In this document: positions 40,738 through 52,488 of the stretch, in pieces
Layout of the letters: each line of letters begins with the position of its first letter
Numbering within the stretch: the first letter of the stretch is position 1
Assembly (NCBI RefSeq): GCF_001194135.2
Contig: NC_068996.1
Coordinates: forward strand, 25,676,642 to 25,740,641
Direction: 5' to 3'
Length of the DNA stretch: 64,000 nucleotides
Source of the DNA: Octopus bimaculoides
Lineage: Eukaryota
Made by a program: the position numbers and the translations under genes
Notes under the pieces: generated by a model
Databases searched by the model: none
Told to the model about the DNA's origin: nothing
Seen by the model: only the letters and a program-made list of their open reading frames with translations

Positions 40738-41125
40738 TGTGTGGTTAAGAAGTTTGCTTGTCAACCACATGGTTTTGAGTTCAGTTTCTCTGTGAAGCAC
40801 CTTGAACTAATGTTCTCTACTATGGCTCCAGGCTAAGTCTTGTGAGTGGATTTGGTAGACAGAAACTGAAAGGAGTATTCATATGTGTGTATGACTGCCT
40901 CCTTGTCTTAATATTGCACAAATAGTTAAAACAAGTATCACCATCATACAACCAGTGTTCTTTTGTTTCTATTCTTCTATGGAAACATATCTGAGAAATA
41001 TTACCTAACTTAAAAAATAGGTGAGGATTGGTAACAGGGAAGGCATCTATAGGAAATCTGTTTCAATGAATTCGGTCTGAACCATGCAAGCAAGGAAAAA
41101 GTGGACATTAAATGATGATAATGTG
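40738..41125 (+). mobile_element. SINE type A
   Basis: Same head, body and tail as 6977-7405. Confidence 0.8.
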
Positions 41126-41599
41126 AAATGCAAGTGGCAAAATGGTGATAAGCCTATTTAAAAAAAGGACAAATTAAGTTTGCATTGTAGCATAGTGTCT
41201 GAAAAGTATATCTGTGGTGTCCAAAAGTCGTTCTGTGAAGCAGCTAATCCTTTTTGTATTTACATTTTTAACTTTACTTGAAACATTTATAGATTGCACA
41301 AATTGTAGAATTTCATAAAATGCTTACAATAATAGAATAGCAAACATTTTGTGTTGACAACATAAAATTAACAGCAATTAAGAAATAACAATGATCAATA
41401 ATTGGTAGTTGCTTATCTAAATGTTTTGAACTTGGAACAAACTCTAAACATAAATCCATTTAGAAAACAGAACAGAGGTGTACATGTTTGACAGAAAATG
41501 GAACTCAGTAATTTGTGATATCATATATAGCATGTTACTGTAAATTGAAATTTGGTTGGTAGGATTGATAAATTATTAGTAATACAGTGAAATTGGCTG

Positions 41600-42700
41600 A
41601 TGAGCTTGATTCGCTACAGTTTACCTCTTGCTTGCCGGCTGAGTCTGGAAGAAGATGCATTGTTTTCCAAGACCAGCAAGCTTCATGCCATTAATATGCC
41701 ATTGAAACAGACTGTTGCAGGTCACCATCTGCAGGAAATCCTAAAGGAGAAATTCCTGAGGCTCTATGTTCAAGGGAGGAAGTATTTACTGGGTATAGTG
41801 GTTAGTGTAGGATGAGGAGTGTAGTGGGGGTTGGACTCAACAGGGGAGGTGAGTGGGTCTTTAAAAACATCTTAGATTAGTTATTTGAGTTTTAATTTTA
41901 ACTAATTTGATATTTCTTTGATTCAGTAGTGAAATTTAGGTATTGAGATCTTACGAAAAGGTGCAATTTTCATCTTGATTTGCTGAATCAATTCTATGGA
42001 AGTATTCTAAAATATATAAAAGCTAACAAAGAAAATGAAACCTTGTTGATCGAGACTGAGATATCTTTCGTAAAATATTGTTATTGTTTGCTACTTTACC
42101 TGTAAGGAACTAGAATTGATTCACTTATGTTAGCTGATACTTGTATTGGCAAATATTAAAATGTAAATTAATAAATTCTCTTCTAAAAGTGTAGTGTTGT
42201 AGAATAGTGAACTTTGAGGAGCATGAATGTATGTTTGTTCATTAAATGAGGTGAGTGATAGTGCAGATCTATTTTGGTGTGCATCATCAGCATGGTAAAT
42301 ATATCCAGAGTGACACATGGATAAAAAGAGGCATTCTGAAAAAAAACAACAAGCAACAGCAATGTACTTCTTTGAAGAGAAGGAAGGAAAATTACATTTT
42401 GGATTGTTGTCAAGAAGAAAAAATGTCTTCAAGAGATGGGTGGAAAAAATGATGTGATGTTGATTAAGATTGTTAGCAGTGTTATTGTGAATGTGACCAA
42501 TGATTTGTGATGGGCAGGAAATAAACATTAGGAGGTTTTCAACAAGAGTGAATGAAGTGAGATGGGGGTGGATGGGATAATGATTGAAGGGTATGCAAGA
42601 AATTGTCTGTTGTATATGAAATGATTGTGTGTGTAAGTTTGAGAAATTCTGAGTTTGTATGTTTTTTTGTGTGTACATATGTTTGGAGGAGTTAAGGGTT
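41600..42700 (-). mobile_element. Highly decayed CR1-like RT fossil (includes the 182-aa ORF 42130-42678)
   Basis: IYHADD resembles the YADD motif, preceded by a loose LFL/NDL-like segment; SSLEHRA further downstream. Weak overall similarity. Confidence 0.4.
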
Positions 42701-42769
42701 GCTTAAGTGGCTATGAGCTCCAAAATGGGATTCAACTACTCCAACCTGTCCTTTGGTTACCTTCAGGGC

Positions 42770-43700
42770 CAAATCTTTACTAATTTCACCAGCCCTACCA
42801 GAGCTGTATGGTTGTCACATCAAAACCATATCAGCACCATCTTCTTTCCCCTGCAAGTAGTTATTTAACTCCTACCAACCTGCATTATATTTCACCTTTT
42901 TCTCTAACAGCTCTATCAACTTCCTTTGCATTTCCATCTGTTGACCTGTTCCCCCCTATCCTCAATGCTTCAACAATCTCTTCACATGTATCTTTAACAA
43001 TTCTACCAACTTCCTCCTCATTTCACTCCACTTTGACCAAATCAGCTATCCTCCTACTCAAACTCCCTCCCTTGTCCCTATAACTGGCATTGACTTTGAG
43101 GGTCAAGTCCCACTAAATATTTTAAATCCTATAATATAGAAGTTGAATCAGTCAAACCAGCCATTGACTCTGCTTATATTCATTTCCTCTCTGTTGACTG
43201 CATCTCCTCCTATCTGTTACATCACCTACCCCTGTCCTTTTTCTCTTACTTTCCATCTCACCACTTCATCACTCCAGCATATAATTCTGCTACATGTTTC
43301 TTGAGTACTCTCCTCCTCTTTTTAAGCCTTCTAGTCCACAGTTCTTTTGTCCCTCTCCACATTCAACCTCTTCCTTTTCTTACTCCTGCTATAAACGTCC
43401 CTTTCATCCCTATTTCTAAGTTATATGTTATCTGCACTTCTCAAAATGTCATTTACTGTATAAAATGCCAACCATGGCTTATTGTATACATGCAAATCCA
43501 ATCATAGATCAGCTGATTGCTTTTAGTGGGTATTTAGACATCCAATGAAATAGCATTGAACCACAAATGCCTATTGTTCATCACTTCAATTCTTCAGGCC
43601 ATTTTCATCTACATTTTACTGTCTTCTGTTTTATACTTTTGGGAGCAACAATTTATCTTCTGTTTGAAGAATGTTGCTCTTAAACCTAAACACCTTTCAC
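42770..43700 (+). mobile_element. Decayed Penelope-like element, RT C-terminus plus GIY-YIG
   Basis: YQPALYFT..SINFL; ICTSQNVIYCIKC..PIVHHFNSSGH..EQQFIF. Confidence 0.72.
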
Positions 43701-43740
43701 ACATACACTAATAAATGCCCACATATGTAGTACACATGTG

Positions 43741-43777
<37 letters not shown>

Positions 43778-43829
43778 TGTTGGTAAGAAGAGCTGCTGGG
43801 CTAAAGTGTAGTATAACAGTTGAAGAAAG

Positions 43830-44900
43830 TGACTAAGAGAGACTAAATAAGAGAGAAAAGATGGTGTAGTTAGTGTGATGGAAGATGGTGCTACCTAGGG
43901 TAATAATGAGCTGGTCAGGATACTTTGATGGAAGTTTGGTGGAGCAGTTGTGGGTGGAAACAGAGGCAACTAGGGGTGTTGGACTTACGAATCTGTGAGG
44001 AAGTATGTGGAATGGACTGGTGGTTGTGGGAGGAAAAGGAGGAGAAGTCATGAATTGATGAGCACAAATCGGTTGTGGATGGAGTGAATGTATGATCTGA
44101 GAACAATTTAAGTAGGAAGGCAGGTGAGTTTTAAGGAGTTACCAAAGTGCTTGGCCTTGTAGAGGTCAGACTGCTGCCATCCTTATTGGTGATTTGACAG
44201 TGGTGTCATGTTGTTGTTGGAAGTAGAAACAAGAAAATGCTAAATGCTTCCAGATCATAATATCAACAGCATAGCATCACAAACTGGTGAACTGTCCTAA
44301 GTTGAGTGTCCATTGTTGGGTTCAGTTTGTCTGATATGAGAACTTTGTATGAAACAAGAACCATTCAGAGTCACTCTGGATCTGAAATTCATTTGCAGAT
44401 GGAATGAGGGGTATGGAGATCCCTACCAAAGATTAAATGTCCAACTGTGGAGAATGGTAGATGAAATATAGTCACAACCATGTGACTTGCAATGAATGTA
44501 AGGGTAGTAGGGGTTAGTTTGGTGAGCTGGTGTAACATTAGTTTTGGAGTGTGGTAGAAGTTAAAATTTGATTGAGTGGAATGGGCAGTAGGTTGGATGG
44601 AAGTACAAAATGAGTCAGGATTGATACATTTTGAAGCCCAATGAGTGGCTGGGAATAAGTCAAGCTGATTATGGTACAGCACTCATGAAGACAGTAGTAG
44701 TTAGTGAGAATGAGTTTTGTGGAGTTGGCAGAGTAAGTAGTAGCATTAAAACAGAGATGGAAACTCTGAAGAATAAAATTGTTAATGATCAAGGAAAATG
44801 ATATGGTTGGAAAACTACATTTTGTAAAAGAGCAAGGAATAATTCCATTTTGATAATCTGGGTTTGGTGTACATAAGTACAATAAAAGGTGATAAATATT
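43830..44900 (-). mobile_element. Decayed Penelope-like element, N-terminus to start of RT
   Basis: VVTIFHLPFS.., NEFQIQSDSEWF, IKSPNKDG (KPADKG-like), HILP.IRKSNTP..VSTHNCSTKLPSKYPD (LPKIHK..GRPIVS.CSCPT..IS.YLD-like). Confidence 0.72.
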
Positions 44901-45195
44901 TATAGTTAACAATACACTTTGTGTGTACATATGTGTGTGTGTGTGTGTGTGTGTGAGTACACACACAGTGTATTGTAAGCTATGAAACTGTGGAGATATA
45001 CAGAACTAAGTAACAGGTGCTAATTGCATGATGCAAACTGCTAACTGATATGGTTAGAACAACTTTCTGAAATGTGAACATATCTGAATTAAAATTGGTT
45101 GGAACCATAGAGGGAAATAACCATCAGGTAAAGCGTACAGTATATCATTGTTGCATGTTTAAGGGCATGTTTATAATCTAATGTTTATGTTTTAG

Positions 45196-45255
45196 GTTCA
45201 TTTATGAAACAGAACATCATAATGGTATAGCTGAATTATTAGAAATCTTGGGAAG
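45196..45255 (+). CDS. PPP2R5D: B56 exon F ([20 protein letters not shown])
   Basis: TTTAG / GTAAGT, 60 nt, phase 2 to 2. Confidence 0.97.
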
Positions 45256-45699
45256 GTAAGTTTAATTTTAAAACTATTGATTTTAGATTAAAAAAAAATT
45301 TTTCAAATCAGCTTTACCATTTATTTTAATGTCCAGTTTTCCATTACCAATTTAGATTGGACTGGTTTGCAGAACATCATGTAACCATTTTGGCCCTGCA
45401 TACCGAGAACTGACTTGCCATCTTCTTTGGTCTTTCATTGTCAGTGTATATTTTTGAATAAATGTTTTAATTACTAAGTGATTTGATAATAACAGCGAGC
45501 TTATTGTATACAGTGTTCAGGTGCGCTACAACTCTCAGAAAAGGTTAAAGAAAGAATCAGAAAACAGATATAAATCGAATAAAAAAAAAGGGGGGACAGA
45601 AAGCAGATATAAAGCAAGTAAAAAAAAAGACTGAAAGCTAGAAGTACATGCATAGTATATAGAATAAAACAAAAAGAAAAAAAGTGAACGGTAAAAGAG

Positions 45700-46260
45700 T
45701 CATAAAGAGGAAAGAGTGCATAGGCATGTCAGAAGTTGGGGTTGCAAAGTTCTTGATAAGTTTTGAAGGAAGCAATATCTTGATAGCTAATAGCTGATGT
45801 AGGTAGTTTACTTTATATTTGACAATTGTTAGTCTCAAGAAATGTTTCTGAAAATTAGAGATGCTGTGCTGTTTTTTCATTTTGTAAGCATATCCATGAG
45901 TGGTAGAAACATTGAATTCAGAAAGGTGACCAAAGTCATTGAAAAGACTGCTCGTGAGCTTCTACAAAGTCACTGTTTGACATCATAACTATAGTGTGTC
46001 ACTGCCCGGAGAAGCAATATGTTCCAAGATATGGTAACTGACAGAGGTTGCACATCTATGGACAGCTGCTAGAAAATTGATATTCTGGACAAGATAAGGT
46101 TTCAGACTGGAGATGCATACTGTAAGTGTGGATGTACAACAACCATAGATAGCTGGTGAGTGACTGACAAAAGTCTTGCTGTGTGATAAGATATCTTTTT
46201 GATGATTTTAGAAATGTGATTTGTCCACTGCAGATCATTAACAATAATGCTCAAATCATG
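45700..46260 (-). mobile_element. CR1-group LINE 3' end
   Basis: LQYASPV*NPYLVQNINFLAAVHRCAT..THGYAYKMKKQH..QKHFLRL..KLPTSAISYQDIASFK. Confidence 0.8.
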
Positions 46261-46708
46261 CTCATTAGCAGACTTTTAGGAGAAAATCTTAGTTATCTCC
46301 TATTTTATTAAATATTAAAAATAGTGTTCATTCTTTTAAAGTTTATCTAATTTGAAAATAGGTACCGGTCATGTATATTTAAAAGTATTGTGCCATGACT
46401 TTTAGAAACATATAGGAAATATATTTATTCTTTGTACACATCTAAATGTCCAAGTCAATTTAAAAATAAGGAATTGGTTTTTCTCTTATGAGAGTGGGAT
46501 TATATTGAGTAAATGTTAATTTTGTGGGCTGTAAAGTTTATTTCGAACTTCCAGCTATTGTTTAGAACCCTGTTGAATATCTTATGATCAATATATTAAA
46601 AAAGAATTTTCCTTGGATATGTATTTTGTTTCTTAAATGAAAATATATAGTATTTGTATTTAAACTATTTTTAAAGATGTAAAATGTTTTCTATTTTAAA
46701 TTTTTCAG

Positions 46709-46871
46709 TATTATTAACGGGTTTGCTTTGCCTTTAAAAGAAGAACATAAAGTATTCTTACTCAAAGTATTATTACCTCTTCATAAAGTTAAGTCTTTGA
46801 GTGTATATCACCCCCAGCTAGCATATTGTGTGGTCCAATTTCTTGAAAAGGATCCTAGTTTAACAGAACCG
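46709..46871 (+). CDS. PPP2R5D: B56 exon G ([54 protein letters not shown])
   Basis: TTTTTCAG / GTGAGT, 163 nt, phase 2 to 0. Confidence 0.98.
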
Positions 46872-46963
46872 GTGAGTGCTTTCATTTTAACTTTTTTATA
46901 ATAAGTGTTGGAAATTATATAATATCTATCTAATGTTAACTTTTGTTTTATTTTAAATTTCAG

Positions 46964-47014
46964 GTGATAATGACATTATTGAAATTTTGGCCAAAAGTCC
47001 ACAGTCCTAAAGAA
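46964..47014 (+). CDS. PPP2R5D: B56 exon H (VIMTLLKFWPKVHSPKE)
   Basis: TTTCAG / GTAAGT, 51 nt, after a 92-nt intron. Confidence 0.96.
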
Positions 47015-47030
47015 GTAAGTCATGTTTTTG

Positions 47031-47520
47031 TTTTCTTTGTCTTTCTTTTGTTGATTTTGGCAGAAGGTACAGAGCTCATGTCTTATGAGCTTTTCAAGAC
47101 TGGTAAAATTGATGCTGTTAAAGTTCCATTTACTGTTGCAGGGAGGAGAATCCAGAAAGGTGATGTTCTGAGGGAAAAGGATAGTACATAGTGATTAGTA
47201 TGGATGCACCAAGGGTAATAGGGGGTGGAGAGACGAGTATGTTGGGTGTTCTTGGATGGTAGCAGTTTGAAATCAGGCAGTTCTGAGAAGTAAAGGGCAT
47301 TATAGTGGCTATAGAAAATACAGAGTGCAGAAACACCATGCCTCTGGGCCAGAGGTTGGAACCTGCTGCTACCAAGGGAATGCAAATCAGCTAATTGGGA
47401 TTTCCCTGAATTTTGCCTTGAATATCAGTGTGCGTTCCAGCAGCAGCACTATCCTAGAGGTGGGTGCAGTACTCCATGGAATGTTTAATAGTACATTGGA
47501 GGATTAGTCTGCAACTTTTG
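47031..47520 (-). mobile_element. CR1-group LINE 3' end
   Basis: QPLAQRHGVSALCIFYSHYNA..SEL..TNHYVLSFSLRTSPFWILLP, then an A-rich tail. Confidence 0.8.
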
Positions 47521-47749
47521 AATCTCCCTTTTTGTATATTCTGATCTTAAATATATTTGATTGTAGTGTCGTCAGCATATATACTGAGGGTGAGAAATGT
47601 CTGGAGAATGTTTACTATTGTGAAGTTAGATATTTGCCATTCCTGGTAATTGTTTCTTTTGAGACTTACAAATTTAGTTTTAATGGGTTGTTTTTGTTTG
47701 TTTGTTTAGAAATATACTTGAAAACTTTACTGACATCTTCTGTTACCTA

Positions 47750-48860
47750 TTATAGTGAGAATTTACAAAAAAACAAAAGATGAAGATGGGTGTGTAAACA
47801 ACAAACAGATGTATTAGTTTAATGCTCGGGAAGTGAGAAAGTCTTTTACGTTTTGAGCCTATGCTCTTCGACAGAAAGGAACACTGAAATAAACAGGGAG
47901 AGAAAATAGAAAAAGGAATAGTGGCTGGCGATCTATCATGGCGAATGCCGGACAGAGGAGTCACACAGGAGAGCTAGGAAGAAGGAGAGATAATAAAGTA
48001 AAAGTGGTGATCCCAAAACGAAGGTGCACGTGTGTGTGTATGAGGTGGTGTTGGGTGTGGGGGAAGCAAGAGTGGAGGTCTATGGGATGGGATATATAGG
48101 GACGGTGGGATTGGAATGTGTAGGGGTAGGGTAATGAAGGGAGAAGGTGGGTAAGAGTGAAGAGCGGAAGTAGGTGCCAGAGCAAGAGAGGAGAGGTAGG
48201 TGGGAGGAAGTGGGTGTGAGAGGGAGAGAGGAGGAGGGTTAGATGAAGAGGGGAGGAGAGTTTAGTCCATGTGGCGCAAAGGAGCGAAGAGAGATGATTA
48301 ATCCTTGCTCACGGCAAAGACGGGAGTCTGGATGGCCCCTGTGCAAGGACAATCCGAATGTAGACAGGTGTTGTAAAGAGTGACCGGTAGACCGGAAATG
48401 GTGCGAGACGGGAGTGTTGTTGCCGAGTCGGATGTCTCAGCGTCCCGTTTGATGTATAGAGAATGGCAGAGAGCAGAAGATGCAGTAGATGACGTTGCTA
48501 GAAGTGCAGGTGAAGGAGTCGGTGATATGATAGGGTCGATGATGGGTGCTTGTGAGGAGGGTGGTGTTGGAGAGGTAAGGGGAAGTGTGGAAGCATGGGC
48601 GGGAGCAGGGGAATGAGTCGGGTTGGGAGGTTAGATTAGGGAATAAGCTGTGAACCAAGAGGTCTTGTAGATTGTGGGCTCGTTTGAAGAAGGGGAGGGG
48701 TCAGTTAGGGAAGATGTGCAAAGTGGAGGGGTCGGACTGGAGTCGCCGGAAGGCTCGGAGAATGGTGAGGGGGAGAGAGCAGATGCACGGTCCACGGAAC
48801 GTGCTCTGGCAAGGGCAGTGTGGATAGTGGTGAGGGACCTATTATAATGTGCAGTGGGCA
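47750..48860 (-). mobile_element. Penelope-like element, 5'-truncated, relatively young
   Basis: TIHTALARARSVDRASAL..; GIY-YIG DSFTCTSSNVIYCIFCSLP..QTGR*DIRLGNNTPVSHHFRSTGH..REQGLIISLRSFAPHGLN (a ~10-codon segment appears deleted). Pyrimidine-rich 3'UTR, many CpGs, and a hammerhead-like motif near the end. Confidence 0.9.
47843..47878 (-). ncRNA. Minimal type-I hammerhead ribozyme-like motif (variant core) at the Penelope end
   Basis: Minus strand CTTT-CTGTCGA-A-GAGC(ATAG)GCTC-AAAACGTA-AAAG. Helix I CTTT/AAAG, helix II 4 bp, palindromic ACGT helix III. A6 and G12 deviate from consensus. Confidence 0.55.
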
Positions 48861-49472
48861 TTTTTGTTATATGGAAAGATTGAAAGCCATTTTAGTTGAT
48901 AGAAATGACCTCTTTGTAACAAAATATTCTTATCCTACTTATCACAATATTTTGGACAGCATACAGAAAGAGCATGCAGCAAATACGGAGGGGTTTTAAT
49001 ACTTTGTACACCAAAATGATGCAGGATCAAGACATGGAACACTGCAAGAAAAATTAAACCTGAGATTTCTGGTTTAAAAATATTTTTTTTATAAGTAATA
49101 GAAATATTTTCTTCATACTATTATTAATAATATGATGACGACAATTTTCTCCTGTTGCCCTGTGTATCTAACAACTCTTCTAAATTTTAACATTTTGAAT
49201 TTGTAAAAAATTCATTGTGGCTATGAACATTAGCTTGGTATCTAACTGGCAACGTTCAAAATGCAGTGACACATTTCTTATGGTCCTATGGCATCATCCA
49301 TAGCCTGGATGGTGTGTTTTTCACATGCATTGTCTATAATGAGAATTTTTTCACAATTTCTGCAATGTTTGTCTTTCTAAGCTCAAGTGTACACAAGCAT
49401 GTTAAATATGGTTGTATACACTTATTCCATTCAACGCTACTTAATGCACCTCTAAGTAATTATTATTATTAT

Positions 49473-49995
49473 GGTGAGCTGGCAGAATCATTAGCATGCT
49501 AGATGAAATGCTGAGTGGTATTTTGCCTATCGCTTCGTTCTGAGTTCAAATTCTGCCAAGGTCGACTTTGCCTTGCATCCTTTTGAGAGTTGATAAATTA
49601 AGTACCAGTTGAACACTGGGGTCAATGTAATTGACTCATCCCCTCCCCCAAGATTGCTTGCACTTGTGGCAAAATTTGAAACCATTATTATTATTATCAA
49701 AGCAGTGAACAGCATCATGATGTTAGATAAAAACGCTTATTCTTTATGTTCTGAGTTCAAATTCCATGTAGGTAAACTTTGCATTTCATCCTTTTGGGGT
49801 CAATAAAATAAGTACCAGCTGAGCACTGGGGCTGATGTAATCAACTACCCACCTCTCCCTAAAATGGTGTTAAGTTTGAAATAATATTATTATTGTTAAA
49901 GATCGACTTTGCCATTCATCCTTTTAGGGTTGATAAAATAAGTACCAGTCTTCTCAAAATTTCAGGCCTTGTGCCTATAGTAGAAAATTATATTT
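49473..49995 (+). mobile_element. Three tandem SINE type C copies ((ATT)n tail)
   Basis: GGTGAGCTGGCAGAATC..GTTCTGAGTTCAAATTC..GACTTTGCCTT(G/T)CATCC..ATAAA.TAAGTACCAG repeated at ~49473, ~49700 and ~49898. Confidence 0.85.
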
Positions 49996-50076
49996 CCATG
50001 CTAATATTTTTCATTAAGTATTAAAACAAAAATGTTATGGAATTAGAAAATAACTTAAAACTTGATTCTGTTGTAG

Positions 50077-50196
50077 GTCATGTTTTTGAACGAATTAGAA
50101 GAAATTCTGGATGTCATTGAGCCTGGAGAGTTTGTAAAAGTTGTACAGCCATTATTTAGACAATTGTCAAAATGTGTTTCTAGTCCTCATTTTCAG
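50077..50196 (+). CDS. PPP2R5D: B56 exon I ([40 protein letters not shown])
   Basis: TTGTAG / GTTAGT, 120 nt. Confidence 0.97.
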
Positions 50197-50309
50197 GTTA
50201 GTAGTAATAATTTTTTAAATAGAAATGCATTGTAAAGAAATTATGATTTCTGTTTAAATTATTAGAATGGATTGTATAAGTAACACTTTATCCCTTAATT
50301 TTTGTCTAG

Positions 50310-50434
50310 GTTGCTGAAAGAGCCTTGTACTTCTGGAACAATGAGTACATCTTAAGTTTGATTAATGAAAATGTGGCTGTTATTCTCCCTATTATGTTTC
50401 CAGCACTTTATATGAGTAAAGAACATTGGAATAA
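50310..50434 (+). CDS. PPP2R5D: B56 exon J ([42 protein letters not shown])
   Basis: TGTCTAG / GTAAGT, 125 nt, phase 0 to 2. Confidence 0.97.
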
Positions 50435-51159
50435 GTAAGTTACAGCGATTTTCCTTTTTATCTTTTCTATTTTTTAAAATGTATAACTATTTATGAGAGA
50501 GAGTTAAATCTTCTATCCTGTTTTAAGAAGATAGTTCTTTAAAAAATTGTGCATTTTTATCAACTCTCAAAATTTTGTTAAGGGTTTTTTTAAGGAATTT
50601 TTAAACATAACTTTATGACCTGGTACTTTACGCATGTTTTAAGTGTGATACTTTAAGTGTTAGTTTTTCCACATGGTATTTCAAATGTTCCTTACTTTTC
50701 TACAGACAACTTTAAAAGTTGTTTTTGTTTGTTCTGTACAGTTGGTTAGCCCTTTCGTTTTTTTTTTTTCCTGTATATTCTTTTGTTATAGTTTAATCCC
50801 AGGTCAGTTCTGAACCTAGTGGTTGTGGACACTTTTTTCTGCATCTTTAGTACAACAAAATGTTATGGCTTTGCTCAACAAATTAAGGTTTATATTTCAG
50901 ATGGAGTGCAGTGTAAACAATTTTTTTATGTTGGAACGTTCAGTTCATGTGGTATACATAAATATAAGTTCTCTTGGGGACTGAAATTAGTTTCTTTGAT
51001 TCTTTTTGTTTAATTAGATTTAAAATGCAGTTTGCTAGGTGGGTCAAGAATCTTTTTCTGAAGAAGACTTGTTTTCTTTTTTTTTTTTGATATGTAAATT
51101 AAAATTATTAGATGTTTAAATATAATTCTAGAAGGTTATTTGTTAAATACTTGTTTCTG

Positions 51160-51400
51160 GTGCTTCCCAACCACATAGTTCAGGGTTCAGTCCCACTGTA
51201 TGGCACCTTGGGCAGGTGTCTTCTATAGCCTCAGGCCAACCAAAGCCTTATAGGGAGATTTGGTAGATGAAAGCTGAAAGAAACCCATTGTGTGTGTGTT
51301 TGTGTTGTTCCCCACGACCGCTTGACAACTGGTGCTGGTGTGTTTACATCCCCATAACTTAATGTTTTGGTAAAAGACACCAATGAAATAAATACTAGCC
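51160..51400 (+). mobile_element. SINE type B (type-A head, different tail)
   Basis: GCTTCCCAACCACATAGTTCAGGGTTCAGTCCCAC head, then (TG)n and ACCGCTTGACAACTGGTGCTGGTGTGTTTACATCCC..AATAAATACTAG. Confidence 0.75.
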
Positions 51401-52386
51401 TTGTGCTGCTTAAAGCCTTTTAATTGAAATCTTTTAGAAGGAATCTCTGAAGAAGCCTGACAGAGTGAAACTGTACTTGTTCTTGGTTGTTGAAGTTAAC
51501 CTGTTGTCTGATTTAACACCACAATATATTCTTTGGGTGCCTTTTAGTGGAATTGAATCTGTTGCAATCATTGGGATCTGGTCTGTGGTTAGCTGATAAC
51601 TACTTTCTAGAAGCTTTGGTGTCCCTGAAGAGGGTCAAGGGATGTGTCCTATGTCAGTGAATAAAAAAAGTTATTTAGATGATATTTCACTACATCTCTG
51701 CCTAAATACATGTTAATGCATGCATGTTTTATTCAAGCAGTTTTTCATATCAAGCTATTGTGTATAACCATCTGTGCATCATACTTAATGCAGATACATC
51801 ACAATGGGCAAATTAACTGTGATATTCATCCAGAGATAATCTCTGACAAATGTATTATATTGAAAAACACAAATACATCCGTAGCAGATGAAAATTGCCC
51901 CTAGCTTTTGTCAATAGCATGTACCCATTGCCAACCATATGCTAAGACAAAATCCATACAGGAAAACAGTGATTGAAAAGTTACTTATGTTGCAATTAGC
52001 CACCCATAATGGATATCATTTTTAGTTTGTCACCTCTCCCCCTCCCCCTCTCTCTCTACTAATTTTGCTCTTCTGTAAATCAATGACACTGATGTTTTAT
52101 AGATATTTAAGTATTTAAATTATGACATTTGGTGCTGTATAATATCAATGAAACAGGTAGACAACAGGTGTCATTATCTGGTCTTAATTAGGTCTACAAT
52201 TTAATGCAGAATTTAACATTATAGCAATTTTACTATTCTCTTCTGGAAGAAATTTGGTTCAATTTTCCATTGTTCATTTTAAATTAATTGAAGTTTATTT
52301 TATCAATAAAATCATTTTTTCATAAAGCCTGTACTTGATTAATCAAGTTTTATTTTTAATGAAATGTCTTTTTAATTTTCTGTTAG

Positions 52387-52488
52387 AACAATCCATGGTT
52401 TGATATATAATGCATTAAAATTGTTCATGGAAATTAATCAGAAATTATTTGATGAGTGCACTATTCAGTATAAAGCAGAACGACAGAA
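52387..52488 (+). CDS. PPP2R5D: B56 exon K ([34 protein letters not shown])
   Basis: TGTTAG / GTAAGT, 102 nt, phase 2 to 2. Confidence 0.97.

Noticed and set aside
42130-42678. Novel 182-aa protein gene
   Set aside because: Antisense within an intron, no splice or start context, and composition plus a HADD motif fit a decayed CR1-type RT.
51447-51476. Third hammerhead-like core CTGAAGA..GAAACTGTA
   Set aside because: Core words are present, but helices I and II do not pair convincingly.
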